Source: Treponemataceae bacterium (GTDB lineage: Bacteria; Spirochaetota; Spirochaetia; Treponematales; Rectinemataceae). From it: a stretch of DNA of 64,000 nt. Below the pieces are notes generated by a model. It was not told where the DNA came from and did no database searches. It saw nothing but the letters and a program-made list of their open reading frames with translations. This document shows, piece after piece, positions 17,336 through 27,448 of the stretch (position 1 is its first letter; each line of letters opens with the position of its first letter). A program made the translations under genes and the position numbers. The stretch is from NCBI GenBank assembly GCA_963678065.2, contig CAXXVZ010000003.1, forward strand, positions 128,001 to 192,000. Direction: 5' to 3'.

Positions 17336-18811
17336 ATGGACAATTCCGGGAAAGCGGGTATTTCTATATCGGGGAAGGCATTCGCAGCAAGTTTCATCAT
17401 ACTGTTCGCCCTCATGATGGCGGCAGGCGTCCTCACCGCCCTTGTTCCGCAGGGAAGCTTCGAGAGGATCGAATCGGGCTCGGAGCGCCTCATCGTCCCT
17501 GGCTCCTACCGCGAGACACAGAGGATCCCCTATCCCTTCTGGCGGTGGCTCACCGCGCCGGCGGAAGTTCTCGGCACCAGCGACGCGGGAATGGCGGCCC
17601 TCATCATCATTTTCATCGCCGCGGTCGGAGGCGCTTTCGCCGTCCTGCAGCGTGCCGGCGTGCTTGAGGGTGCCGTGTCGTCCTTGGCCGACAAGTTCCG
17701 CTCGCGGAAGTACCTCTTGCTCGCGATAATCACCCTGTTTTTCATGTCGATAGGATCCCTGATGGGCATCTTCGAGGAGACGATTCCCCTCGTCCCCGTC
17801 GCCATCGCCCTCTCGCTCTCTCTCGGGTGGGATGTCATGACGGGAATGGGCATGAGTATCCTCGCGACCGGTTTCGGGTTCTCTGCCGCCATATCCAACC
17901 CCTTCAGCATCGGAACCGCCCAGAAGTTGTCCGGGCTTCCTCTCTTTTCAGGGGCCGCATTCCGGGTCATCGTGTTCGTCGTCGTGTACGCCGCATACCT
18001 CTTATGGCTGCACCGTCTTGCGAGGAAGGCCGAAGCGAAAGGTGCCGGAAACCTCGGGTCCGGCACCATCGGGATGGCGGGGAGAATCCCGGCTGGAAGC
18101 GGGGCTGCGGAAACCGCAAAGGGCGGGCCTTCCTCGGGTGCAGGCTCGAGGGAGCTCCGGGCGCGCGGCGTCGCCGTTTTCGGCATTTCCGGCCTTGTCC
18201 TGATCGTCCTCGTGATGCTCATCTCTCTGACAGGGTTCCTCGCCAATTACTCCATGCTCCTCATCGCCCTCGTATTTCTTGGTGCGGGATTCGGATCGGG
18301 AGCGGCGGCAGGTCTCTCGCTCCGCAAGGCGCTGAAAGCCTTCGGCGAGGGAGTGGTCGGCATCGGTCCGGGGATCATCCTCATCCTGATGGCTCTCGGC
18401 GTCAAACGGATCATCGTCGCGGGCGGTATCATGGACACCATACTCTACAATGCCGGAAACGCCGTCGCCGGCTCGACGGGATACGCGGCCGCGGCCCTCG
18501 TCTACGTCTTCACTCTCGGCATGAACTTCTTCATCGGCTCCGCCACGGCAAAGGCCTTTCTCCTCATGCCGATCCTCGCGCCGCTCGCAGACCTCACCGG
18601 CCTTTCCCGCCAGATCGTCGTGCAGGCCTTCGCCTTCGGAGACGGATTCTCCAACATGCTGTATCCGACCAACGCCGTCCTCCTCATCGCCCTCGGCGTT
18701 TCCGGCATCTCCTGGCCGGCCTGGTTCCGCAAGACCTGGCGCCTGCAGGTCGGAACCCTCGTCATCACCATGGCCCTTCTGATGCTCTCCGTGGCCATCG
18801 GGTACCGGTGA
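17336..18811 (+). CDS. YfcC-family (DcuC/AbgT-like) membrane transporter
   Basis: Many TM helices; VPQGSFER, GIFEETIP, NPFSIG.AQ, AFAFGDGFSNMLYPT. Confidence 0.85.
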   Translation: MDNSGKAGISISGKAFAASFIILFALMMAAGVLTALVPQGSFERIESGSERLIVPGSYRETQRIPYPFWRWLTAPAEVLGTSDAGMAALIIIFIAAVGGAFAVLQRAGVLEGAVSSLADKFRSRKYLLLAIITLFFMSIGSLMGIFEETIPLVPVAIALSLSLGWDVMTGMGMSILATGFGFSAAISNPFSIGTAQKLSGLPLFSGAAFRVIVFVVVYAAYLLWLHRLARKAEAKGAGNLGSGTIGMAGRIPAGSGAAETAKGGPSSGAGSRELRARGVAVFGISGLVLIVLVMLISLTGFLANYSMLLIALVFLGAGFGSGAAAGLSLRKALKAFGEGVVGIGPGIILILMALGVKRIIVAGGIMDTILYNAGNAVAGSTGYAAAALVYVFTLGMNFFIGSATAKAFLLMPILAPLADLTGLSRQIVVQAFAFGDGFSNMLYPTNAVLLIALGVSGISWPAWFRKTWRLQVGTLVITMALLMLSVAIGYR

Positions 18812-19034
18812 AGGAGGCTCGGGACAGATATCGGAAGATACGGACGAATACCGACCCGCACAAAGACATCGGACCTCATTGCGAATAGCCCTTCAACTGC
18901 TGATATATGAGCTGAAATCTTGTATTTCTAACAGAATGTTATAGACTTGGAGAAAGGAGGTAGTTTTTTTCGTGAAATAACTTAGCTCAGTCGGTAGGCC
19001 TTTGTAATTCTCGTTATCTGCAAGGAGGGGCGAA

Positions 19035-20198
19035 ATGAAGAGAGCGTTCAAAGTGCTCGGGATCGCACTCATGGTGCTGTTCGTCGCATCCGCCATGTCC
19101 TGCGATTTTATCTCTAACTTGTTCGGATCTGCCACAGCCAACCTTTTCGGCGCCAAGCTGGCTCCAGAAATTGCGACCAATGCCATCACCTTCGATATTA
19201 CGGCAATCGGCAGCGATCTCCGCGGCTATGACAGCTTCCCCACTATCACGCTTTTTGTTGCGCCGCGCGCGACGACAGGTGAGCTTATCACCGGAATGCA
19301 GGCGGCAGACTTCTTCGACACTGTCGACGATAACGGGACCGCGCGGAATATCGTCGTGACTCCTCCGCGAAGCTCCGTGACCTCCGCCACGAAGACAGCC
19401 GATATTGTGTTCGTAATCGATACCACCGGCAGTATGGGCAGCTATCTCACTACGATGACTTCGAAAGCTCAGTCTTTCGCCGACGCGATAGCCGCCAAAT
19501 CCATCGATTACAGGCTCGGCTTCGTGACATTCGGAGATGATATCCGGAAGGGTACAGGACAGCGTCTTGCGCCTACGAGCAATATCACCACATTCAAGAC
19601 CGCAGTCGGCGCCCTGGTTGCAAGTGGCGGTGGGGATGCTCTAGAGAACCAGATCGATGCCCTGGATTACGCGCGCGCAGCCGCGACGGGCAGCAATCCC
19701 GCAGGATCGTTCCAAACGGATATGTCCTTCACCTACCGCTCGGGCGCGATGAAAATCTTCATTTTGATCACTGATATCGGCTTCCATACTCCTTCTAATC
19801 CCGGTGATGTTACAGGCTATTATTCTGGCGTTTCCAATACTCTCGACCAGGAGATAGCCAAGCTCAAGGCCGATTCCATCAACTGCTACGTCGTCGGCCC
19901 CGCTGGTGTCGGATATGAATCGCTCGCCTCCGGGACAGATGGCGAATATTACTCCTCCGGCGGAGATTTCTCCAAGATCATCGACAAGCTCGGCACCGTG
20001 ATCGCCGGCAGCGGCGACTACATGATCACGTTCATGACCCAGGACTTCACTGCCAGCAAGCTGCACAAGGTCAGGGTCGCGATCCACACCCGGCTCGGAA
20101 ATGCGCAGGCGATCGCGAACTACACTTCTCCCTCCGTCGTCAACGTGAAGGAGGCCGAAGAGATGTACGCGAAGGGACTCGAGGGGCTCAAGAGATAA
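19035..20198 (+). CDS. vWA-domain lipoprotein
   Basis: Signal peptide ending AMSC; DIVFVIDTTGSM (MIDAS), GGGD..E..DAL, ILITD. Confidence 0.85.
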   Translation: MKRAFKVLGIALMVLFVASAMSCDFISNLFGSATANLFGAKLAPEIATNAITFDITAIGSDLRGYDSFPTITLFVAPRATTGELITGMQAADFFDTVDDNGTARNIVVTPPRSSVTSATKTADIVFVIDTTGSMGSYLTTMTSKAQSFADAIAAKSIDYRLGFVTFGDDIRKGTGQRLAPTSNITTFKTAVGALVASGGGDALENQIDALDYARAAATGSNPAGSFQTDMSFTYRSGAMKIFILITDIGFHTPSNPGDVTGYYSGVSNTLDQEIAKLKADSINCYVVGPAGVGYESLASGTDGEYYSSGGDFSKIIDKLGTVIAGSGDYMITFMTQDFTASKLHKVRVAIHTRLGNAQAIANYTSPSVVNVKEAEEMYAKGLEGLKR

Positions 20199-20226
20199 AG
20201 CTCCATACCGGAACGACGTGACGTTC

Positions 20227-20258
20227 AAGGGTCGCCCCGTCCGGGGCGGCCCCTTTTT
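20227..20258 (+). terminator. Intrinsic terminator after the vWA gene
   Basis: gggtcgcccc...ggggcggccc followed by ttttt. Confidence 0.75.
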
Positions 20259-20322
20259 ATCGCCTGCCACCGCGACAACCGCTTCCACCTTCCGCGCCGG
20301 CAAGGCTATACTTGGCCCATCT

Positions 20323-23300
20323 ATGGCCGAATTCGTCCACCTCCACAATCACTCTGACTACTCGCTCCTCGACGGGGCATCCGATATCGAGTCCATGGTC
20401 GCGCGGGCCGTGGGCTTCGGCATGCCGGGGCTGGCCCTGACGGACCACGGCAACATGTTCGGAGCGGTCAAGTTCCACAAGGCTTGTAAAGGCGCGGGGA
20501 TCAACCCGATCATCGGCAGCGAGTTCTACGTCGCGGGCGGCAGCCGGACAGAGCGGACGGGCACGGAGAACGGCAACAAGTACTGGCACCTCGTCCTCTG
20601 GGCGGAGAACGAGGAAGGGTACCGCAACCTTCTCAAGCTCTCGTCGATTTCCTACACGGAAGGATTCTACTACAAGCCGCGCATCGACGACGAAGTGCTC
20701 GCCTCACACGTGGCGGGACTCATCGCAGGCTCGGCCTGCCTGGGCGGCGAGATTCCGAGCCTCCTCCTCGCGGGCAAAGCGGCCGAGGCCGAGCGCAAGG
20801 CCGCCTGGTACCGCGATCTCTTCGGTCCGGATCGCTACTATCTCGAACTCCAGGACCACGGCATACCCGAGCAGAAGAGAGTCAACCCCGAGCTCGTCGC
20901 CCTCTCGCGCAAGCTCAGGATCCCTCTCATCGCGACGAACGACATGCACTATCTGGAGAAAAGCGACGCGGAGGCCCAGGATATCCTGTTGTGCATCGGG
21001 ACGAACAAGAAACGCTCCGAGCAGAACCGCATGCGCTTCCCGAGCCCCGAATTCTACATGAAATCGGCGGATGAGATGGCGGCCCTCTTCCCGGAGCTGC
21101 CGGAGGCCCTGTCCAACACCCTCAAAATCAACGAGATGGTGAGCCTCGACATCAAATTTCCGGGGCCTCTGCTTCCGGATTATGTGATCCCGGCCGGATT
21201 CTCGAGCCCCGCCGACTACCTGCGCCACCTCAGCTACGAGGGCCTTAAAAAGCGTTACCCGAACGCTGGCGAGGAGATCCGCGCCCGCGCCGATTACGAG
21301 CTCGACATCATCATCTCCATGAATTTCACGGGCTACTTCCTCATCGTCTGGGACTTCATCAACTGGGCGAAGGAGCACGACATCCCTGTCGGCCCGGGGC
21401 GGGGATCGGGAGCCGGCTCCATCGTCGCCTACGCGCTACGCATCACGGACATCGAGCCGCTCAAGTACAACCTCCTCTTCGAGCGATTCCTGAATCCTGA
21501 GCGCATCTCGATGCCCGACTTCGACATCGACTTCTGCTTCGAACGCCGCGGCGAGGTCATCGACTACGTCACCCGCAAATATGGGGCCGAGCGGGTGGGG
21601 CAGATCATCACCTTCGGCACCCTCAAGGCCAAGGCCGTCATCAAGGACGTGGCGCGCGCCCTCGAAGTCCCCTTCGACGACGCGAACGCGATAGCCAAGC
21701 TCGTCCCCGAAGACCCCAAGATGACCCTCAAGAAGGCCTTCGAGGAGGAGCCCAAACTCTTCGCTCTCACCGAAGATCCGCGCTACCGCGACCTCTTCGA
21801 GATCGCAAAAAAGCTCGAAAACCGCCACCGGCACTCGAGCATCCACGCAGCCGGCATCGTCATAGGCAAATCCGAGCTCACCGACTACGTCCCACTGTAC
21901 AAGGATCCCAAGACCGGCATCGTCTCGACCCAATACACCATGGACCTCCTCGAGGACTGCGGCCTCGTCAAGATGGACTTCCTCGGCCTCAAGACCCTCA
22001 CCCTCATCAAGAACGCCCTCGGCCTCATCCGCAAGCGCGGCATCGTCCTCACTGAAGACGATATCCCCGAGGACGACGAAAAGACCTTCAGGATGCTCGG
22101 CGAGGGCAAGAGCCGATCCATCTTCCAGTTCGAATCCTCCGGCATGCAGAGCATCCTCAAGGATGCGAAGCCCACGACCATCGCCGATCTCATCGCTTTG
22201 AACGCCCTCTACCGGCCCGGCCCCATGGCCTACATCCCTCAGTTCGTCGATTCGAAGTGGGGCCGGACGCCCATAAGCTACCCCCACCCGAGCCTCGAGA
22301 AGATACTGAAGGAGACCTACGGCGTCATCGTCTACCAGGAACAGGTCATGCAGGTCGCCCAGGAGGTCGCAGGCTACTCTCTCGGCCGCGCCGACCTCCT
22401 GCGCCGGGCCATGGGAAAGAAGAAGAAGGAAGTCCTCGAGAAGGAGGAAGTGCCCTTCATCGAGGGAGCGGTCAAACGCGGCTACAAAGCCGAAAAGGCC
22501 AAAGAGATCTTCGAAATTCTCGTTCCCTTCGCGGGCTACGGGTTCAACAAGTCCCACGCCGCCGCCTACTCCGTCGTCGCCTACCGCACTGCCTATCTCA
22601 AGGCGAACTATCCGGCCGAATACATGGCTGCCAACCTCACGAATGAAATCAACTCGACGGACAAGCTCACCGAGTACATCGGAGAGGCGCGCAGCATGGG
22701 TCTCTCCGTCATGGCCCCCGACGTCAACCGCTCCGAGGCCTACTTCACGGTCTCCGAGGGCAAGATCGTCTACGGCTTCCTCGGCATCAAGGGTGTCGGC
22801 GAGGGCCTCGCCAGGGCCATCGTCGCGACGAGGACGAAAGAAGGGCCTTACCAGAACTTCATGGACTTCATCGAGCGCCTCGGCACCGGGGCGATGAACC
22901 GCAAGACCCTCGAGTGCCTCGTTCTCGCCGGATGCTTCGATTCGCTGGGACATTGCAGACAGGAGCTCGTCCAGAATATCGAGCGCGCCGTCGATTACAC
23001 GGCCCAGAAGGAAAACGCGGGCAAGTACGGCCAGGTCAGCCTCTTCGAGGGCAACGAAGAAGAGGAATTCCCGCCTTTTGCCTTCGAGCCTGCCGAAGAG
23101 TATCCCCGCTCGGAGCTTCTGCGTTTCGAAAAAGAGCTCCTCGGTTTCTACTTCACCGGACATCCGATGGACGAGTTCCGGCAGATATGGGAGCGCTGCG
23201 CCGACGCGGATTTCGCCCATCCGGAGCACGCCAGCCCCGACAAAGTCTACACGGCCGTGGCCATGCTGCGCGATTTCAAGGAAATCATCACGAAGGCGGG

Positions 23301-23916
23301 CAAACGCATGGCCTTCGGATCCGTGGAGGATTACTCGGGTTCCGTGGAGATTGTCGTCTTTCCCGACTTCCTGGAGAAGTACCGGGAACGATTCGTCGTC
23401 GACAGGGTTCTCTGCCTCCGCGGCAAAATAGATCTTTCGCGGGGACAGCCGGCCTTCAAAATCGAGGATTTTGTCGACCCGGCCACCCTCAAGGAGCGAT
23501 CCTGGAAGGAAGTCCACGTCAGACTCGAGGCTGGTATCCGGGATCCCGAAAAGCTCGACCCACTGCGGGACGCGCTCTTCGACAATGCCGGGAGTTGCCA
23601 GGTGCTGCTCCATGTGCCGGAATCCTCCTTTGCACCGTGCCGGAAGAGCCCCGATGGGAATGTCGACGGGATCGCAGTTCCCGAAGACGACTGCGAGAGC
23701 GAAGCCGTCCTGCAGGGGACTGATCCTTCGGGCTGCGGCGAAGGGGATGGCGGATCCCCGCCGGGGAAGTTCCGGCTCGCCGGCAGGCTTCCTGCGCCAA
23801 AAGCGCTGCGCGAAACCATCGTGAGGGCGCACATGAGTATTTCCTGCTCTGCCTCGCAGGAAGTGCTCGACAAGCTGGCTGTCCTTCCCGGGGTTGCCGA
23901 AGTCTGGAGGGATTGA
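20323..23916 (+). CDS. dnaE: DNA polymerase III alpha subunit
   Basis: FVHLHNHSDYSLLDG (PHP), GPGRGSGAGS, SMPDFDIDF, KMDFLGL, YGFNKSHA, QVSLF clamp motif. Confidence 0.98.
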   Translation: MAEFVHLHNHSDYSLLDGASDIESMVARAVGFGMPGLALTDHGNMFGAVKFHKACKGAGINPIIGSEFYVAGGSRTERTGTENGNKYWHLVLWAENEEGYRNLLKLSSISYTEGFYYKPRIDDEVLASHVAGLIAGSACLGGEIPSLLLAGKAAEAERKAAWYRDLFGPDRYYLELQDHGIPEQKRVNPELVALSRKLRIPLIATNDMHYLEKSDAEAQDILLCIGTNKKRSEQNRMRFPSPEFYMKSADEMAALFPELPEALSNTLKINEMVSLDIKFPGPLLPDYVIPAGFSSPADYLRHLSYEGLKKRYPNAGEEIRARADYELDIIISMNFTGYFLIVWDFINWAKEHDIPVGPGRGSGAGSIVAYALRITDIEPLKYNLLFERFLNPERISMPDFDIDFCFERRGEVIDYVTRKYGAERVGQIITFGTLKAKAVIKDVARALEVPFDDANAIAKLVPEDPKMTLKKAFEEEPKLFALTEDPRYRDLFEIAKKLENRHRHSSIHAAGIVIGKSELTDYVPLYKDPKTGIVSTQYTMDLLEDCGLVKMDFLGLKTLTLIKNALGLIRKRGIVLTEDDIPEDDEKTFRMLGEGKSRSIFQFESSGMQSILKDAKPTTIADLIALNALYRPGPMAYIPQFVDSKWGRTPISYPHPSLEKILKETYGVIVYQEQVMQVAQEVAGYSLGRADLLRRAMGKKKKEVLEKEEVPFIEGAVKRGYKAEKAKEIFEILVPFAGYGFNKSHAAAYSVVAYRTAYLKANYPAEYMAANLTNEINSTDKLTEYIGEARSMGLSVMAPDVNRSEAYFTVSEGKIVYGFLGIKGVGEGLARAIVATRTKEGPYQNFMDFIERLGTGAMNRKTLECLVLAGCFDSLGHCRQELVQNIERAVDYTAQKENAGKYGQVSLFEGNEEEEFPPFAFEPAEEYPRSELLRFEKELLGFYFTGHPMDEFRQIWERCADADFAHPEHASPDKVYTAVAMLRDFKEIITKAGKRMAFGSVEDYSGSVEIVVFPDFLEKYRERFVVDRVLCLRGKIDLSRGQPAFKIEDFVDPATLKERSWKEVHVRLEAGIRDPEKLDPLRDALFDNAGSCQVLLHVPESSFAPCRKSPDGNVDGIAVPEDDCESEAVLQGTDPSGCGEGDGGSPPGKFRLAGRLPAPKALRETIVRAHMSISCSASQEVLDKLAVLPGVAEVWRD

Positions 23917-23919
23917 GCG

Positions 23920-24693
23920 ATGTCGCATGGCCTCGCGCCGCTTCCGGCGGTTTCGGAAATCCGGGTTCTCGGTTCGGGAGGCTTCAACAACAGGGGACTG
24001 CCCTTCATCTCCTTCCTGATCGACGATTCCGTCCTCGTCGAAACGCCGCCCGACATCATCCAATCCTTGAGGCGCGAAGGCGCCTCGCTCTCCGCGCTCA
24101 GGACCGTCATCATCTCGCACTTCCACGGAGACCATTGCTTCGGGCTCCCCTTCCTCGTCTTCAACCTCTACCGCGAAAATCCGGAGGGCCTCTCCCGAAA
24201 GCTCCTCCTCGCAGGGCCCCGGGGCATCAGGGAACGGGCCCTCGAGCTCATGGCCCTCGCCATCAATCCGACGAGCTCCTACATCGGATGGTTCGAGAGG
24301 AACGTGGAAACCCGCGAGATCACGCGTGATTCGGAGATCGGGCTGGACCGCGGGAGGAGCATGAAGTTCCATCCCGTCCTGCACAGGCCCGAAAACTATG
24401 CTCTCTCCCTGTGGTCAGGGGCTTCGAGGCCGGATTTCCTCTACATTTCCGACACGAAGTGGGGGCCACAGATCGCCGCGCTCTTCGCGCTCGGGGCGAA
24501 ACTCGTGTTCTGCGACGCGAACGGAAGCCCGGGCGACGAGGAGGTGCACATGAGTGCCGCCCAGATCTCCGGGCTCGGCCTGCCTCTGGCGCGGGGACTT
24601 TCCCGGATCGCTGCGAGCCATGTCTCCGGCGACGCGCCAGAAGCCTTCGGGGGGCTCTCCGTCATCTCTGCGGGGGATGTTTTTCGGGTCTGA
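23920..24693 (+). CDS. Metallo-beta-lactamase-fold hydrolase (RNase Z/BN-like)
   Basis: VLGSGG, ISHFHGDHCFG, YISDT, HMS. Confidence 0.8.
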   Translation: MSHGLAPLPAVSEIRVLGSGGFNNRGLPFISFLIDDSVLVETPPDIIQSLRREGASLSALRTVIISHFHGDHCFGLPFLVFNLYRENPEGLSRKLLLAGPRGIRERALELMALAINPTSSYIGWFERNVETREITRDSEIGLDRGRSMKFHPVLHRPENYALSLWSGASRPDFLYISDTKWGPQIAALFALGAKLVFCDANGSPGDEEVHMSAAQISGLGLPLARGLSRIAASHVSGDAPEAFGGLSVISAGDVFRV

Positions 24694-24780
24694 GTTCTGT
24701 TTTCTGAAAGCCGGGGGTCGTGGACGGAAGAGGTACAATGGGCGCCAGCGTGGTCTGGCGGACCGGGTATGGCTTGGACT

Positions 24781-25473
24781 TCAGCGGGAGCCAAGCCGTT
24801 CCTTCACGAAACGGACGAGATCATCCCATCGGTGGAAGCAGAGATCTGCGCCGGAGAGGGGGCGCCGCGACACAAGCGCGGCCTGCATGCCGGCCCTCCG
24901 CGCTCCCGCGAGGTCGTAGCGCGGGTTGTTCCCCACATAGAGAACATCCGCCGGTTCACGCCCGAGCGCCTGAGCGAGGCTCAGGAAACTCTCGGGTTCG
25001 GGTTTCAGGAAACCGGATTCTTCCGAGCAGCGCACGACATCGAAGCAGTCGGAAAGCCCCATGAGTTCCAGCTTCCTTTCGGGCGGCATATCCGAGAGAA
25101 GGCCGAGCGGCAGGCCGAGGGCCTTAAGCTCGGCGAGGGCTTCGCGCACACCCATGAAGGGTTGTATGTCCGCGAAACATTCGAATATCCGCCCGTAGAA
25201 GATTCCGTACATGAGGGCTTTCGTTCCGCTCTCGGAGCTTCGGAGCCTGTGTGCGAGAGCGGTTCCCTGCATGTCCCGGAATTCAATTCCGTCGGCAGGA
25301 GGGGACTTTCTGTACTCCTCCGTGCGGGCGATGGCACGGAGCTCCCGGCGCATCTGCGAGAAGCCGGCAAAGAGGGCCGGATGGCGAAGACAGAGCGCGG
25401 CGGCCCTCCGGTTGAGGGCCGCCGCGGGATAGAGGGTTCCGTCCAGATCGAAGGCTACGGCGCGTATGCTCAC
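24781..25473 (-). CDS. HAD-superfamily hydrolase
   Basis: FDLDGTL, GLLSD, KPEPESF, YVGN...DL.GA. Confidence 0.9.
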   Translation of the reverse strand: MSIRAVAFDLDGTLYPAAALNRRAAALCLRHPALFAGFSQMRRELRAIARTEEYRKSPPADGIEFRDMQGTALAHRLRSSESGTKALMYGIFYGRIFECFADIQPFMGVREALAELKALGLPLGLLSDMPPERKLELMGLSDCFDVVRCSEESGFLKPEPESFLSLAQALGREPADVLYVGNNPRYDLAGARRAGMQAALVSRRPLSGADLCFHRWDDLVRFVKERLGSR

Positions 25474-25509
25474 GATTTATCTATAACCTGAACCCCCCAC
25501 TCTGGTCTA

Positions 25510-25541
25510 TGTCGGGGGCGGGGTTTTTCCCGCTCCCGACA
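25510..25541 (-). terminator. Hairpin downstream of the hydrogenase operon
   Basis: tgtcgggggcggg...cccgctcccgaca inverted repeat. Confidence 0.5.
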
Positions 25542-25618
25542 CAAGGTTCCGACCCAGTTTTGCCTCACGTTCCGGTGCGGCGCCGGGCCACGGTCCCACG
25601 GATCCTTTGTCTCCGCCA

Positions 25619-27448
25619 TCATACCCGGCGCACGGCGTAGTGCGTGTGCAGAAGGCTGTGAGATTTTTCCCCGAGCGGAGAGCCGAGGAAGCCCTCGTAC
25701 AGCGCCGCGATCGCCGGATTCTCGTGGGACTTGCGCATGCCGAGCCGGAGGTCCTCGCGGTACATGGCGAGGTTGCGGGCGAGTCTCTTGTCCATGTCGG
25801 GCAGGACAGGCTGGCCTCCTCCTCCGACGCAGCCTCCGGGGCAGGTCATCACCTCGATGAAGTGGTAGGGACTCGTGCCTGCAGCTATCTCATCGAGTAT
25901 CTTCCGGGCGTTTTTCAGCGTGTGCACGACGGCCACACGCACCTTCGTTCCGTCGAGATCGACTTCGGCGGTCTTGATGCCCGAAAGTCCGCGTACTGCC
26001 TCGAAATCGATGGCGTCGAGGGTTTTCTTGGTGACGATCTCGTAGACCGTCCGGAGGGCCGCCTCCGCCACCCCTCCCGTCGTGCCGAAGATTGTCGCCG
26101 CACCCGTCGACCTTCCGAGCGGATCGTCGAAATCCTCCTCAGGAAGGGATGCCAGGTCGATTCCGGCTATCCTGATCATGCGGGCCAGCTCCCGCGTCGT
26201 GAGCGCCCAGTCGACATCGTAGTAGCCTGGAGCCGCGCGCTGGGGGGCGTCGGCACCTCCCTCATGTCCGGCCTGCGGCGTCGCCGGTTCACTGTGCTCC
26301 GAGTGGCCTGCGCCCGTGCGGAACTCCCAGGCCGAAGCCATACCCGGCCTGCGGGTTTCCCCCTTCTTGGCCGTGCAGGGCATGATCGAGATGACCTTCA
26401 TAAGGGCCGGATCGATGCCGGCGACCTGGGCGTAGTGGGTCTTCGCGATCGCGCCGAACATCTGCTGGGGACTCTTGCACGTCGACAGGTGTCCGAGAAG
26501 CGAGGGGTAGAAGGTCTCGATGAAGTTGATCCATCCGGGGGAACAGCTCGTGATCATGGGGAGCTGGCCTCCCGCAGTGAGTCGCTTTATGAGTTCGGAG
26601 CCCTCCTCCATGATGGTGAGGTCGGCGGCAAACTGGGTGTCGAAAACTTTGCTGAAACCGAGCCGTCTGAGGGCCGCGACCATTTTTCCCGTCACGAGGC
26701 TTCCGGGCGGCAGGCCGAGGGCTTCCCCGAGCGAAGCGCGGATGGCGGGGGCAGTCTGTACGACGGTGACGAGGCCGGGATCTCCGAGCGCGTGGAAAAC
26801 CGCCTGGCTTTCATCTTTCTCGGCTATGGCCCCTGTCGGGCAGACGACGGAGCACTGGCCGCACTGCACGCAGACGCTGTTGCCGAGCCCCTTGTCCATG
26901 AAGGTGGCGATGCGCGTGCGCGATCCCCGGCCAGAGAAGGAGATCGCCGAGACGGTCTGGACCTCGGCGCAGACCGCCACGCAGCGGCCGCAGAGGATGC
27001 ACTTGGAATTGTCCCGCACGAGGCCGGCGGCGCTCAGATCCAATTGTGGAATCTTTTTCGTGCGAGGGAAGCGGTCAGCCTGGACTCCGAGCAACTCTGA
27101 CATCTCGCGCAGTTCGCAGGAGCCGCCTCTGATGCATGACAGGCAATCGGCGGGGTGGTTGGCGAGAAGGAGTTCCACCGCCGTCTTCCTGGCTCTCTGA
27201 ACCCGGGGGCTGGCCGTGTGGATTTTCATGCCCGCCTGGGGTTTCTGGACGCAGGACCGGATGAGGGATTTTGCCCCCTCGACCTCCACCACGCAGACGC
27301 CGCAGGAGGCGTTCGAACACAGATCCTTCATGTAGCAGAGGGTTGGAATCTTGATGCCAGCCCTCGAGCACGCTTCCACGAGATTCGACTCAGGGTCGAC
27401 CTCGGTCAGCCGCCCGTCGATTTGTACCGATACCATGTTTTCAGCCAT
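25619..27448 (-). CDS. hydA: [FeFe] hydrogenase group A catalytic subunit
   Basis: H-cluster motifs ITSCSPGW, MPCTAKKGE, EVMTCPGGCVGGGGQP; N-terminal 2Fe-2S, His-ligated 4Fe-4S (HPADCLSC) and two 4Fe-4S motifs; fused small-subunit RKSHENP. Confidence 0.97.
   Translation of the reverse strand: MAENMVSVQIDGRLTEVDPESNLVEACSRAGIKIPTLCYMKDLCSNASCGVCVVEVEGAKSLIRSCVQKPQAGMKIHTASPRVQRARKTAVELLLANHPADCLSCIRGGSCELREMSELLGVQADRFPRTKKIPQLDLSAAGLVRDNSKCILCGRCVAVCAEVQTVSAISFSGRGSRTRIATFMDKGLGNSVCVQCGQCSVVCPTGAIAEKDESQAVFHALGDPGLVTVVQTAPAIRASLGEALGLPPGSLVTGKMVAALRRLGFSKVFDTQFAADLTIMEEGSELIKRLTAGGQLPMITSCSPGWINFIETFYPSLLGHLSTCKSPQQMFGAIAKTHYAQVAGIDPALMKVISIMPCTAKKGETRRPGMASAWEFRTGAGHSEHSEPATPQAGHEGGADAPQRAAPGYYDVDWALTTRELARMIRIAGIDLASLPEEDFDDPLGRSTGAATIFGTTGGVAEAALRTVYEIVTKKTLDAIDFEAVRGLSGIKTAEVDLDGTKVRVAVVHTLKNARKILDEIAAGTSPYHFIEVMTCPGGCVGGGGQPVLPDMDKRLARNLAMYREDLRLGMRKSHENPAIAALYEGFLGSPLGEKSHSLLHTHYAVRRV

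Noticed and set aside
20323..23916. Intein in dnaE
   Set aside because: Length is near normal and no Cys...His-Asn splice junctions or LAGLIDADG motifs are seen.
21436..24384. 982-aa minus-strand ORF and similar long antisense ORFs (8403..10394, 27606..29930, 50096..51484)
   Set aside because: Shadows of well-supported genes, expected with high-GC codon bias; no family motifs.
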